Shown here: piece after piece, positions 26,949-35,420 of the stretch | How the letters are laid out: the number at the start of each line of letters is the position of its first letter | How positions within the stretch are numbered: the first letter of the stretch is position 1 | Source of the DNA: Flavobacteriales bacterium | GTDB taxonomy: Bacteria > Bacteroidota > Bacteroidia > Flavobacteriales_F > PHOS-HE28 | Direction: 5' to 3' | Assembly: GCA_020635655.1 (NCBI GenBank) | Contig: JACJZI010000010.1 | Span: 12,800-76,799, forward strand | DNA length: 64,000 nucleotides | Notes under the pieces: generated by a model | Told to the model about the DNA's origin: nothing | What the model saw: only the letters and a program-made list of their open reading frames with translations | Database searches by the model: none | Position numbers and translations under genes: made by a program

Positions 26949-29900
26949 AAGTGGTCCGCCAAGCATCGCGCGATCCATCCGTCGATCCAGCGATCGGAAA
27001 GGTCGACATCGTGCTCACATGTCATGATGACGGGCGCTACCTCAGGGAGGCGATCGATAGCCTTGGACCGGAAAGGTCGGGCGGCAAGGGCGTGATCGTC
27101 GTCAATGATGGCTCCACGGACCCCGGGACCTTGGAGGCCCTGGATGGCCTGCGGGCCATGGGTTGTCGTGTGATCGACCAGTCGAACAAGGGGCTTTCCG
27201 CAGCCCGCAATACCGGATGGCGGGCCTCGAAGGCTCCCTATATCCTCTTCCTGGACGCGGACAATCGCATCGACCCGAGCTATCCGATGAAGGCGGCCCG
27301 CGTGATGGACGCATCGGAGGAGGTCGCCTTCGTCTATGGTGATCGCAAGGAGTTCGGTGAACGCGAAGACCAGGTGGAGCAGGTCGAGGTGGGCCTTGGT
27401 ACCCTGCTCGTCGGGAACCGGATCGACGCGTGCGCCGTGGTGCGTCGGTCCGTGCTCGATGCGTTGGGCGGCTTCGATGAGGCCATGCGGTCCGGTTATG
27501 AGGACTGGGAACTGTGGATCCGGATCCTCGCGAACCGGTATCGGGCGGTGCATGTCCCGGAGCCCTTGTTCCACTATCGTGTCCGCCAGGGTTCCCTGTC
27601 ATCGGTGGCCGATGATCCGGTACATCGTGCGGCGATCGTGCGCTATGTCACCACGAAACACCAGCGTTTGTTCGCCACGCACGCCCGGCACGTGGTGGCG
27701 GAATTGCATCGGATCCAGGCGCATGACAAACACCTGTTGCATGATGCACGAACGATCGGCGATCAGGCGCGTTCGGTCGCCGAGGAAGCCCTGAACACCG
27801 CGCGGACCGCCCATGAGGAATTGGATCGCGCACGCGCCGAGCATCAACGAGCGCGTGATGCGCTCGAGATGGAACTGAAGCGGGTATATGCGGATGCGGA
27901 CACGGCGAAGGCGCATATCGAACGTCTGGAGGATGAACAGGCCCGGGCGGACGCGGCCTTGCGCGAGCTCGAGGTGCAGAAGGACGCACTCTCCGAGGAG
28001 GCCCACCGCCTGGTCGGTGAGGTGGACAAGGCCATGCAGGCGCTGCAAGTGCAACGGGAACATTCGCGTGCGCTCCAGGCGCTCATCGGCCAATATGAGG
28101 AAAGGATCAAGCGTATCGAATCCAGTCGATGGTGGCGATTGCGCAGGCAGTACCACAAGATGCGGGCACTTTTGCGGACCTCCAGTGATACGTCCCGGAG
28201 GGGTTGGCGATGGCTCCGCCGCATCGCCTTCCTGATCAGTGCCAAGGGACGGCATATCCTGCGGAAGTTCCTGGCAAAATTGTTCAAGGCCCTGTACCTG
28301 ATCACGGAGGACCGGCCGGTACGCATCATCGTTGGTGAGGACCGCGAGCAGCATCTTCTAATGGCCACGGGCGATCCCTATGCGCAGTGGATGGCGCGCC
28401 ACTTTGCCCGGGAGAGCGACCTGCGCGATCAACGTGAACAGGTGGATCTCTTCTCCCATCAGCCCCTGATCAGCGTGGTCATGCCCGTGTTCGATCCCCC
28501 GGTCCGCTTGTTGGATGCGGCGATCGCATCGGTCCTCCGTCAGACCTATCCCCTGGTGGAACTGTGCATCGCCGATGACAAGAGCCATGACCCGGCCGTG
28601 CGCGTCTGTCTTGAGAAGTGGTCGGCCGCTGACGACCGGGTCCGTGTCGTTCTTCGTGAGGAGAACGGACACATCTCGAAAGCGAGCAACAGCGCCCTGG
28701 AACTGGCGCAGGGAGAGTTCGTCGCGTTGATGGACCACGATGATCTGCTGGCCCCGGACGCCTTTTTCCACGTGGTGCGTGCACTGAACAAAAGAAGGGA
28801 CCTTGACCTGATCTACACGGACGAGGACAAGGTCGACGAACAGGGCCATCACAGCGAACCGCATTTCAAGCCCCAATGGTGCCCGGATCATCTGCTCTCC
28901 CGAAATTACTTCGGCCACCTGGTGGTCCTTCGCCGTTCCTTGCTGGAGCAGGTCGGTGGATTCCGGACCGGGTTCGAGGGCAGTCAGGACTACGACCTGC
29001 TCCTGCGCTTCACGGAACACACCGATCGGATCGCGCGCATTCCCCGTGTGCTGTACCACTGGCGCGTGCACGCTGGTTCCGCCGCCCGCAGCGAGGAGGT
29101 CAAACCGTACGCCTACCAAGCTGCGCGAAAGGCCCTGACCGAAGCGTTGGAACGCCGGGGAGAGCCTGCGGACGTGAGTTTCCTGGACGGCTTCCGTGGC
29201 TACGGCATCCGGTTCCGTTCGCCCCTGCGCGGCAAGGTCAGTGTGATCATTCCCACGAAGGACAAGGCCGATGTGCTCGGGACCTGCCTTCGTTCCTTGT
29301 TCGCGCTAACGGACCATCCGGACTTCGAAGTGATCGTCGTGAGCAACAACAGTACGGAACGTGCGCTGTTCGAACTGCTCGATGAGGTGGGCGCGATGGA
29401 ACCGGACCGTTTCCGTCACATCCGCTCCGACCGCCCCTTCAATTTCAGTGCGCTCATGAATATCGGCACAGCGGAGGCCAGCGGCGAGCATATCCTGTAC
29501 CTGAACAACGATACGGAGATCATCCACGCCGACTGGATGCGGGCGATGCACGAGTGGTCGCAGCGGCCGTCCATCGGGGCGGTGGGTGTGAAGTTGCTCT
29601 ACCACAACGATACCATCCAGCATGCCGGGGTGATCATCGGGCTCGGCGGGGTGGCAGGCCACACCTTCGTCGGCACGCATAAGGACGGACCGGGTTATTT
29701 CAACTACGTCAATACCATCAACAATTACAGCGCGGTCACCGCGGCCTGCATGATGGTGGAACGGCGAAAGCTCGAGGAGATCGGCGGCTGGGACGAGGGC
29801 TTCACCGTGGAATACAACGACGTGGACCTCTGCCTGCGCCTTCGGGAGAAGGGCTATCGCAATGTCTATCTACCACATGTGTCGCTCTATCACTATGAAT

Positions 29901-30061
29901 CGCTCACGCGTGGCCACCCGCATATGACCCGTGAGAGCTACGAACGCCATTTGCGCGAAGTGAGATCGTTCAAGGACCGTTGGGCCCACTACATCGAGGA
30001 CGACCCCTGCTACGACCCCAATCTCTCGCGCGGGGTCCACGATTTCCAATTCGCGTTGTGA
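26945..30061 (+). CDS. Multidomain glycosyltransferase: GT2 domain, about 170-aa coiled coil, then two further GT2 domains.
   Basis: GT2-like segments at about aa 20-220 (IVLTCHDDGRYL...VVNDGSTD...LDADN), about aa 505 (ISVVMPVFDPP....LCIADDKSHD) and about aa 763 (VSVIIPTKDKADVL....VIVVSNNS). In between is a heptad-like Ala/Glu/Arg-rich helix ELHRIQAHDKHLL....QYEERIKRIESS. ATGA overlap with the ABC ATPase gene. Confidence 0.8.
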   Translation: MKVVRQASRDPSVDPAIGKVDIVLTCHDDGRYLREAIDSLGPERSGGKGVIVVNDGSTDPGTLEALDGLRAMGCRVIDQSNKGLSAARNTGWRASKAPYILFLDADNRIDPSYPMKAARVMDASEEVAFVYGDRKEFGEREDQVEQVEVGLGTLLVGNRIDACAVVRRSVLDALGGFDEAMRSGYEDWELWIRILANRYRAVHVPEPLFHYRVRQGSLSSVADDPVHRAAIVRYVTTKHQRLFATHARHVVAELHRIQAHDKHLLHDARTIGDQARSVAEEALNTARTAHEELDRARAEHQRARDALEMELKRVYADADTAKAHIERLEDEQARADAALRELEVQKDALSEEAHRLVGEVDKAMQALQVQREHSRALQALIGQYEERIKRIESSRWWRLRRQYHKMRALLRTSSDTSRRGWRWLRRIAFLISAKGRHILRKFLAKLFKALYLITEDRPVRIIVGEDREQHLLMATGDPYAQWMARHFARESDLRDQREQVDLFSHQPLISVVMPVFDPPVRLLDAAIASVLRQTYPLVELCIADDKSHDPAVRVCLEKWSAADDRVRVVLREENGHISKASNSALELAQGEFVALMDHDDLLAPDAFFHVVRALNKRRDLDLIYTDEDKVDEQGHHSEPHFKPQWCPDHLLSRNYFGHLVVLRRSLLEQVGGFRTGFEGSQDYDLLLRFTEHTDRIARIPRVLYHWRVHAGSAARSEEVKPYAYQAARKALTEALERRGEPADVSFLDGFRGYGIRFRSPLRGKVSVIIPTKDKADVLGTCLRSLFALTDHPDFEVIVVSNNSTERALFELLDEVGAMEPDRFRHIRSDRPFNFSALMNIGTAEASGEHILYLNNDTEIIHADWMRAMHEWSQRPSIGAVGVKLLYHNDTIQHAGVIIGLGGVAGHTFVGTHKDGPGYFNYVNTINNYSAVTAACMMVERRKLEEIGGWDEGFTVEYNDVDLCLRLREKGYRNVYLPHVSLYHYESLTRGHPHMTRESYERHLREVRSFKDRWAHYIEDDPCYDPNLSRGVHDFQFAL

Positions 30062-30064
30062 TCC

Positions 30065-31486
30065 TCAGATATCATCCCTGACCTTGTCCTCCAACAGGTC
30101 ACGGATGAACACCTCCAGCATTTCCTGGACAACGATGTCCGGTTGCTCCTTCTCCACGATGTCCGGAATGAACACAGGTGACCAGACATAGACACTGCGC
30201 GAGAAATGCTCGCTGAGGTACGGGATCAGGTAAACGGCGAATGAATCGCGGAACATCAACAAACGTGGCGCCTGTTGGTCCGGCCCCTTCATGAAGACCG
30301 GTCGGTACTTGAAAAAGGCGGATCCGGGCAGGTCCTCCTCCGGGAGCGGCTTCGCACGGAGATCATTCCGAGGCACCATCATGTAGGTGATCCGCGTGAA
30401 ATGGTCGTTCAACGCCATCTGAAGGGCCAGGTCACCCTGATCGTTGGTGTCCGGTTCCACCACATAGTCCTCCTGAAGACACGGAGAGCCCAGTTCCGGA
30501 TGGTCTCGCAGCATCCGGTCCATCAAGCACCTGTAGCCGATGAATCCGCCCCAGGGGTTCCAATGGATGTCGGTCTTGAAGTAGACGTCGCGCACTTCGC
30601 GGCCCTTGCGCAGGTCCTCACGGGGATCGATGATGGGGATGGCGGTGTGTTCCCGCAGGAAGTCGATGAGCTGGTCCAGTCCGTTGTGGTCGTCCACACG
30701 ATGGATGGCGTCCGGCAACTTGTCCGGATAAATGCTGGCCTTGTAAGGTGGGAACATCAGATAGTATGAGGTACCCCGTTCCGCCAGCCACTTCCGTCGC
30801 TTCTCCAGTCGTTCGGCGATCCAATGGAGCTCCTGGTCGGTAAATACCCTCCGGCCGCGATACTGATCGACCACTCCCGGCCTGATCAGGAAGAGATAGC
30901 CATCCTTTCCGAACACGAGATTGTCCGGCATCGGGGAGTCGTGCAGCACATAGGCATGGAACAAGGCATTCAGGCGGAACAGCGACTTGCGGAAGCCAAA
31001 ATGATCGCCGAAGTACTTGTTGTACTTGTCCCCAAAGTCGAACAATGAATGCAATCGGAGCAGGGGACGTTCGGCGAGCGGACGCTTTTCCGTATTGGGC
31101 AATTGTGGTTGGATGGGCAGGAACCCGGAGAGCAAGGGGAGGGCGATGAGCACCACGAACAGTCCGGCCAGGACCAGCTCGGTCGTACTTCCACGAAGTG
31201 CCGCCACTGGACCCTGCGAGCGGAAGTATAGCCCGAAGAACACCATCAAGGCGATGAGGACAGCGAGCACGGCAGGCCAGGGGCCGTTGCCGGAACGTTC
31301 CCAAATGGCGGTGACCTCGGGCCGCAGGTCCTCGTCGCTGAACAGAAAAGGGTCATCACCGGAGAATTCCAGATGCAGGCCATCCTCGGTCCCGCGCATG
31401 TCCTTCACCTCTTCATTCGCCTTGAACATCCGTGCGAGATCACTGGCATTGAACTCGACCACCTGGTCGCCGCATCGCAGGCGCAT
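30065..31486 (-). CDS. DHHW-family SGNH-like protein (AlgJ/AlgX-type polysaccharide O-acetyltransferase partner).
   Basis: KTDIHWNPWG is the D-x-H-W motif of AlgJ/AlgX/DHHW proteins. N-terminal TM anchors. Sits in the same operon orientation as the MBOAT gene. Confidence 0.6.
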   Translation of the reverse strand: MRLRCGDQVVEFNASDLARMFKANEEVKDMRGTEDGLHLEFSGDDPFLFSDEDLRPEVTAIWERSGNGPWPAVLAVLIALMVFFGLYFRSQGPVAALRGSTTELVLAGLFVVLIALPLLSGFLPIQPQLPNTEKRPLAERPLLRLHSLFDFGDKYNKYFGDHFGFRKSLFRLNALFHAYVLHDSPMPDNLVFGKDGYLFLIRPGVVDQYRGRRVFTDQELHWIAERLEKRRKWLAERGTSYYLMFPPYKASIYPDKLPDAIHRVDDHNGLDQLIDFLREHTAIPIIDPREDLRKGREVRDVYFKTDIHWNPWGGFIGYRCLMDRMLRDHPELGSPCLQEDYVVEPDTNDQGDLALQMALNDHFTRITYMMVPRNDLRAKPLPEEDLPGSAFFKYRPVFMKGPDQQAPRLLMFRDSFAVYLIPYLSEHFSRSVYVWSPVFIPDIVEKEQPDIVVQEMLEVFIRDLLEDKVRDDI

Positions 31487-31976
31487 CCGTTCAATGATGA
31501 GGGAATCCTGCGCGTTGCCGGATCGAAGCGGAGGTAGCTGAACAGGGTGTCCTGAGGCATGCGGAAGCTGAGCAATTGTCGCCGGGGCGAGGCATGCACG
31601 GGTCGGTTCACATAGTCGTCCCGTCCGAACGCCCCGGGTTTGTCGGCAAAGAACACCTGGAAATTGTCGGCATGGGTGGCGATCAACTCGAACTCCACAT
31701 GCAGCGCGCGGTCGCGAAAGCTGATGTTGTCGATCGTGCCGAAGGTGATGAGGAATGCCACGAATGCGACGAGCAGCGGGAAGAGCACCTGGTGACGAGA
31801 CCCCTTCGCGCGGGTCGTGGTGGGGAGGCCGATGGGAGGCGCATCAGCAACAGGAGCCGCGCCAGATAGTGCAACAGGATGCCGGCGAGCAGGGCCAGTA
31901 CGAAAGGTCGGAGCACGGGGCGCTCGGGGTCCATCGCCCTTTCCGTGACCTGCGTGAGATCGGTCGTGCTGGTCAA
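31405..31976 (-). other. Ambiguous coding region: two overlapping partial reading frames with TM-like segments (possible frameshifted or pseudogenised small membrane protein gene, or assembly indels).
   Basis: Frame A (31976 to 31683) begins MTSTTDLTQVTERAMDPERPVLRPFVLALLAGILLHYLARL and then degenerates. Frame B (31788 to 31405) begins MLFPLLVAFVAFLITFGTIDNISFRDRALHVEF... and runs 82 nt into the DHHW gene. No single frame spans the region. Confidence 0.25.
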
Positions 31977-32016
31977 TGAGGATCCGGTCCCTTCACCTGC
32001 ACGGGCACCGTGCCCC

Positions 32017-32442
32017 TCAAGCTGTCCAGTACGAGCTCGCGCACATCATTGGCGGCTTGAAGTGGTCCAGGATGTCGGCACCAGTGAACCGCACCTCTTT
32101 GTAAGGGCCACGCAGGGCGATGGATCGCAGCTCCAGGTCCCCGCGCAGGTCACCGGGATCGATCCGCAGGGAGGAAAAGCCCTTCAGGTCGGTAGGCAGA
32201 GCGAACACGACCTCCTGGAAGTCACGGTCCGGCCGGACGCGAACACGAACGGACCTTGCTTCCGTGAAGTCATCGGGGTGCTGCCCCCAATACACCACAT
32301 GATCGTCCTCCAGGTCCGTTCGCAGGTCCAGCACCACCCGGAGACCGGGTTCGGCGGGCGGTACGCGCAACGCCTTCCAGGTCACGCCGAACGCGGCGAT
32401 CGCGACCAACAAGGGTGCCAGACGGGACAAGAGGCGGCGCAT
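32017..32442 (-). CDS. Hypothetical signal-anchored protein between the MBOAT and DHHW genes.
   Basis: ATG lies 3 nt after the MBOAT stop. N-terminus MRRLLSRLAPLLVAIAAFGVTWKAL is a signal or anchor. 141 aa. Confidence 0.45.
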   Translation of the reverse strand: MRRLLSRLAPLLVAIAAFGVTWKALRVPPAEPGLRVVLDLRTDLEDDHVVYWGQHPDDFTEARSVRVRVRPDRDFQEVVFALPTDLKGFSSLRIDPGDLRGDLELRSIALRGPYKEVRFTGADILDHFKPPMMCASSYWTA

Positions 32443-32445
32443 CGT

Positions 32446-33891
32446 TCAGAAACGGAAGTAGATGAAGGGGCTGAAGGTCGATGCGCTTACGGTCATGCCG
32501 ACCAGCAGCAGCAGGATGCCCAAGCCCGTCACTTCAAGACCGCCCCGCCAGCCGGTGGCAAGGCGGTCGCTGGAAGGCGCCAGCCGCAGTTGCCGACCGA
32601 TCCAGGTATGTGCATCCAATGCCCCCAGGATGCCGATCAGGAGCGCCAGCAGTGTCGTGTGGGAAAGGAACAGGGAAGGGTAGTAGAGGCGGGCCTCCCC
32701 GGGGACGCCTCCGAAAAGGCTCAACAGATAGTGCCAGGCCTCGGTGAGGTCCTCCACGCGGAAGAACACCCAGGCGAGCAGCACCACGAACAACAGGTAG
32801 AGGTTCGCCAGCATGCGTGGCATTCGATCGAGCACACGGCCGAAGCCCATCCGTTCCACGACCATGAACAGGCCATGGACCAGTCCCCAGACCACGAAAT
32901 TCCAGCTCGCGCCATGCCAGAGGCCGGTGAGGAAGAACACGATGAAGAGGTTCACATAGGTGCGGACAGCTCCGCGGCGATTTCCGCCGAGCGGGATGTA
33001 GAGGTAGTCGCGGAACCAGGTACTGAGGCTGATGTGCCAGCGTTGCCAGAATTCCCTAACGGATCGGGCGATGTACGGTCGACGGAAGTTCTCCAGGAAC
33101 GTGAAACCGAACATCCGTCCGATGCCGATCGCCATATCGGAGTATCCACTGAAATCAAAGTAGATCTGCACGGCATAAGCCACCAGGCCCAACCAGGACA
33201 CGGCAGGAGGGAGGCGGTCGACATCGAGCTTGAACACCGCGTCGGCCACGCGGGCCACCTGGTCGGCGATGAGCACCTTCTTGGCGAGACCGATGACAAA
33301 GCGCCGAACACCATTGGCAAAAAGGTGCACGTCCACATGGCGGTGCTCCAACTGGTCGGCGATGTCCCGGTAGCGTACGATCGGTCCGGCGATCAACTGC
33401 GGGAACAGACTGATATACAAGGCCACCGCCCCGGGTCGGGTCTGTGCAAGGGCCTGACGGCGGTACACGTCCACCGCATAGGAGAGTCCCTGGAAGATGA
33501 AGAACGAGACCCCGATCGGCAGATGGATGCGCTCGAGCCGGATGGGCGGAAAGCTGCCGCCGGCGAAGAGCGTGTTGATCCCGTCGACCAGGAAGTTGGC
33601 GTATTTGAACCAGACCAGGGCGCCAAGGTCCAGCACGATGGCCGCCACAAGCCAGGCCTTCCGGGATGGCAGACGCTCGATCGCCAGACCTGCGAGATAG
33701 TTCACGAGGACCACCGCCAACATGAGGATCACGTACGCGCCTTCCCCCCACGTGTAGAATAACAGGCTCGCCACCAGCAGCACCGTGTTCTGTGCGCTGC
33801 GCCTGCCCGCCAGCACCGTTAGCAGCAGGGTGAGGGGCAGGAAGAGGAAGAGGAAAACAGGCGAGCTGAAGACCATGGGACCCAAGGCCAC
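32446..33891 (-). CDS. MBOAT family membrane O-acyltransferase (AlgI/DltB-like).
   Basis: WHISLSTWFRDYLYIPLGGNR and the conserved His in GLWHGASWNFVVWGLVHG are MBOAT hallmarks. Multiple TM helices. Alternative start at 33876. Confidence 0.85.
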   Translation of the reverse strand: MALGPMVFSSPVFLFLFLPLTLLLTVLAGRRSAQNTVLLVASLLFYTWGEGAYVILMLAVVLVNYLAGLAIERLPSRKAWLVAAIVLDLGALVWFKYANFLVDGINTLFAGGSFPPIRLERIHLPIGVSFFIFQGLSYAVDVYRRQALAQTRPGAVALYISLFPQLIAGPIVRYRDIADQLEHRHVDVHLFANGVRRFVIGLAKKVLIADQVARVADAVFKLDVDRLPPAVSWLGLVAYAVQIYFDFSGYSDMAIGIGRMFGFTFLENFRRPYIARSVREFWQRWHISLSTWFRDYLYIPLGGNRRGAVRTYVNLFIVFFLTGLWHGASWNFVVWGLVHGLFMVVERMGFGRVLDRMPRMLANLYLLFVVLLAWVFFRVEDLTEAWHYLLSLFGGVPGEARLYYPSLFLSHTTLLALLIGILGALDAHTWIGRQLRLAPSSDRLATGWRGGLEVTGLGILLLLVGMTVSASTFSPFIYFRF

Positions 33892-33972
33892 GAAGGCGGC
33901 TAAAATAGAGCGGACCGCATGAGCCTGACCATCAGTGATTTGGATACAGTGTTAACTTAATGTAAATTCGCA

Positions 33973-34422
33973 GTGAAACGAATGTTATCCCGTTTGCGTT
34001 CAAGGAACATGGGCATCTTCGAAAGATCGTGTGGGATCGTGCTTTTGATCATCGGCCTCACGGGTGAGGTCAAGGCACAGGAGCTTGAAGACCAAGGGTT
34101 CTACCCCAACGGTCGCCTGGAGCACACCCGGTACAGTATCGGGGACCAGGTCTTTTTCATCAGTTATCACGACAACGGCCGCGTTAGGGAGATCGGCGCC
34201 TTCCTGAACGGAAGACCCGAAGGGGAATGGAAACAGTTCACCCGTACGGGCCGGATGACCGTGCGGGCCAATTTCCGGGATGGCCGGTTGGAGGGTGCTT
34301 CGGAATTCCACGATCCGGACGACCGCTGGTCGGGCCGGTTGGTGCATGAGAACGGCGTGCTGCGCCACGGCGAACAGCATGACGCACAAGGATACCTCGT
34401 TGCCCAGCGCGATTATCGCTGA
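33973..34422 (+). CDS. MORN-variant repeat protein (YwqK family).
   Basis: Repeats NGRLEHTRYSIGDQVFFISYHDNGRVREIGAFLNGRPEGEWKQF fit the MORN_2 pattern G.W..y..nG. N-terminal signal or TM. Confidence 0.5.
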   Translation: MKRMLSRLRSRNMGIFERSCGIVLLIIGLTGEVKAQELEDQGFYPNGRLEHTRYSIGDQVFFISYHDNGRVREIGAFLNGRPEGEWKQFTRTGRMTVRANFRDGRLEGASEFHDPDDRWSGRLVHENGVLRHGEQHDAQGYLVAQRDYR

Positions 34423-34441
34423 CGGCGCGTGGTACAGCTCG

Positions 34442-34474
34442 AACGAAGGGTGGCCCGCACGGCCGCCCTTCGTT
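34442..34474. terminator. Probable bidirectional terminator hairpin between convergent genes.
   Basis: AACGAAGGGTGGCC-CGCAC-GGCCGCCCTTCGTT forms a 14-bp stem with one G-U pair. Confidence 0.4.
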
Positions 34475-34491
34475 GTTCATGGATGGACCGG

Positions 34492-34938
34492 TCAGGACCG
34501 CCTGAACAGGTCCCTCGCGTTCTCAAAGGCCTTGAACTCCACCGCGTGCCCGTCGGGGTCCTCGATGAAGAGGCTCATCTGCTCCCCCACCTGTCCCTTC
34601 ATCACCAATTGCGGCTCCACGAGGAAGCGGACGCCGACCTTTCTGAGCTTGTCCCGCATGCGCTGCCAATCCGCCCATTCGAGCACGATCCCGAAATGGT
34701 CGCTGGGAATGTTGCTCTGGGGGTTGTACGTGCGCTCGGCCCGCTTTATCCTCGGCACCTGTTGGATGGTGAGCTGGTGCCCGAAGAAGTCATAGTCGAC
34801 CCAGTTCTCGGCACTGCGACCTTCGGTGCAACCCAATAGGCCGCCATAGAACGCCTTCATGCGTTTGAGGTCCTCGGTGGCGAAGGCGATGTGGAACCTG
34901 CCCTGCAGCATGACCGAAAGTTGGGGCATCGGCTGCAT
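34492..34938 (-). CDS. VOC family protein (glyoxalase / bleomycin-resistance / extradiol dioxygenase fold).
   Basis: Two beta-alpha-beta-beta-beta modules: RFHIAFATEDLKRMKAFYGGLLGC and DHFGIVLEWADWQRMRDKL....DPDGHAVEF. Start ambiguous between 34911 and 34938. Confidence 0.6.
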   Translation of the reverse strand: MQPMPQLSVMLQGRFHIAFATEDLKRMKAFYGGLLGCTEGRSAENWVDYDFFGHQLTIQQVPRIKRAERTYNPQSNIPSDHFGIVLEWADWQRMRDKLRKVGVRFLVEPQLVMKGQVGEQMSLFIEDPDGHAVEFKAFENARDLFRRS

Positions 34939-35048
34939 TTCCTGGTCAAGGTCAAGCGATCGCTCATCAACAGTGGTCGGTTCACTACATCCGGGAATGC
35001 CGAACGGGCCCAAAAGGCCCGTTCGGTCACACTGCTGAAGCGGGATGA

Positions 35049-35411
35049 CTAGTCCTCGTCCTCTTCATCGTCTGCGTCCTCGTCGAGCTCTTCCTCCTCG
35101 TCCTCCTCTTCTTCCTCATCGGCTCCTTCAAGGTCCTCCGTATTGTCGTCCATACCTTCCTCGTCCATGTCGCCCATGGGCCCGCCTTCGTCCTGATCAA
35201 GGAATTCTTCGATCTCCGCGCGGCTCTCGGAATTGATCTTGATGAGGTAGATGGCCTCGGCGGTGCGGAGCTCGATCACGCGCAGGCTGTCGCCTTTGGC
35301 CGTGCTGATGGTGCGGATGTGCGAACCATCGATACCGTCGGGGTATTGCTCCTGGAGCTTCTCCTTCAGCTCGTCGGTGAGGGTGTTGAAGGAACGGATC
35401 AGGCGTTGCAT
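35049..35411 (-). CDS. Hypothetical protein with an extremely acidic C-terminal tail.
   Basis: 120 aa. N-terminal 70 aa are structured (MQRLIRSFNTLTDELKEKLQEQYPDGIDGSHIRTISTAKGD). The final 45 aa are almost entirely D/E. Confidence 0.5.
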   Translation of the reverse strand: MQRLIRSFNTLTDELKEKLQEQYPDGIDGSHIRTISTAKGDSLRVIELRTAEAIYLIKINSESRAEIEEFLDQDEGGPMGDMDEEGMDDNTEDLEGADEEEEEDEEEELDEDADDEEDED

Positions 35412-35420
35412 GGGGCGGGC

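Noticed and set aside
31879-33762. 627-aa plus-strand ORF.
   Set aside because: Antisense to the MBOAT gene, which has the conserved MBOAT His and TM helices. Arg/Gly/His-rich junk sequence.
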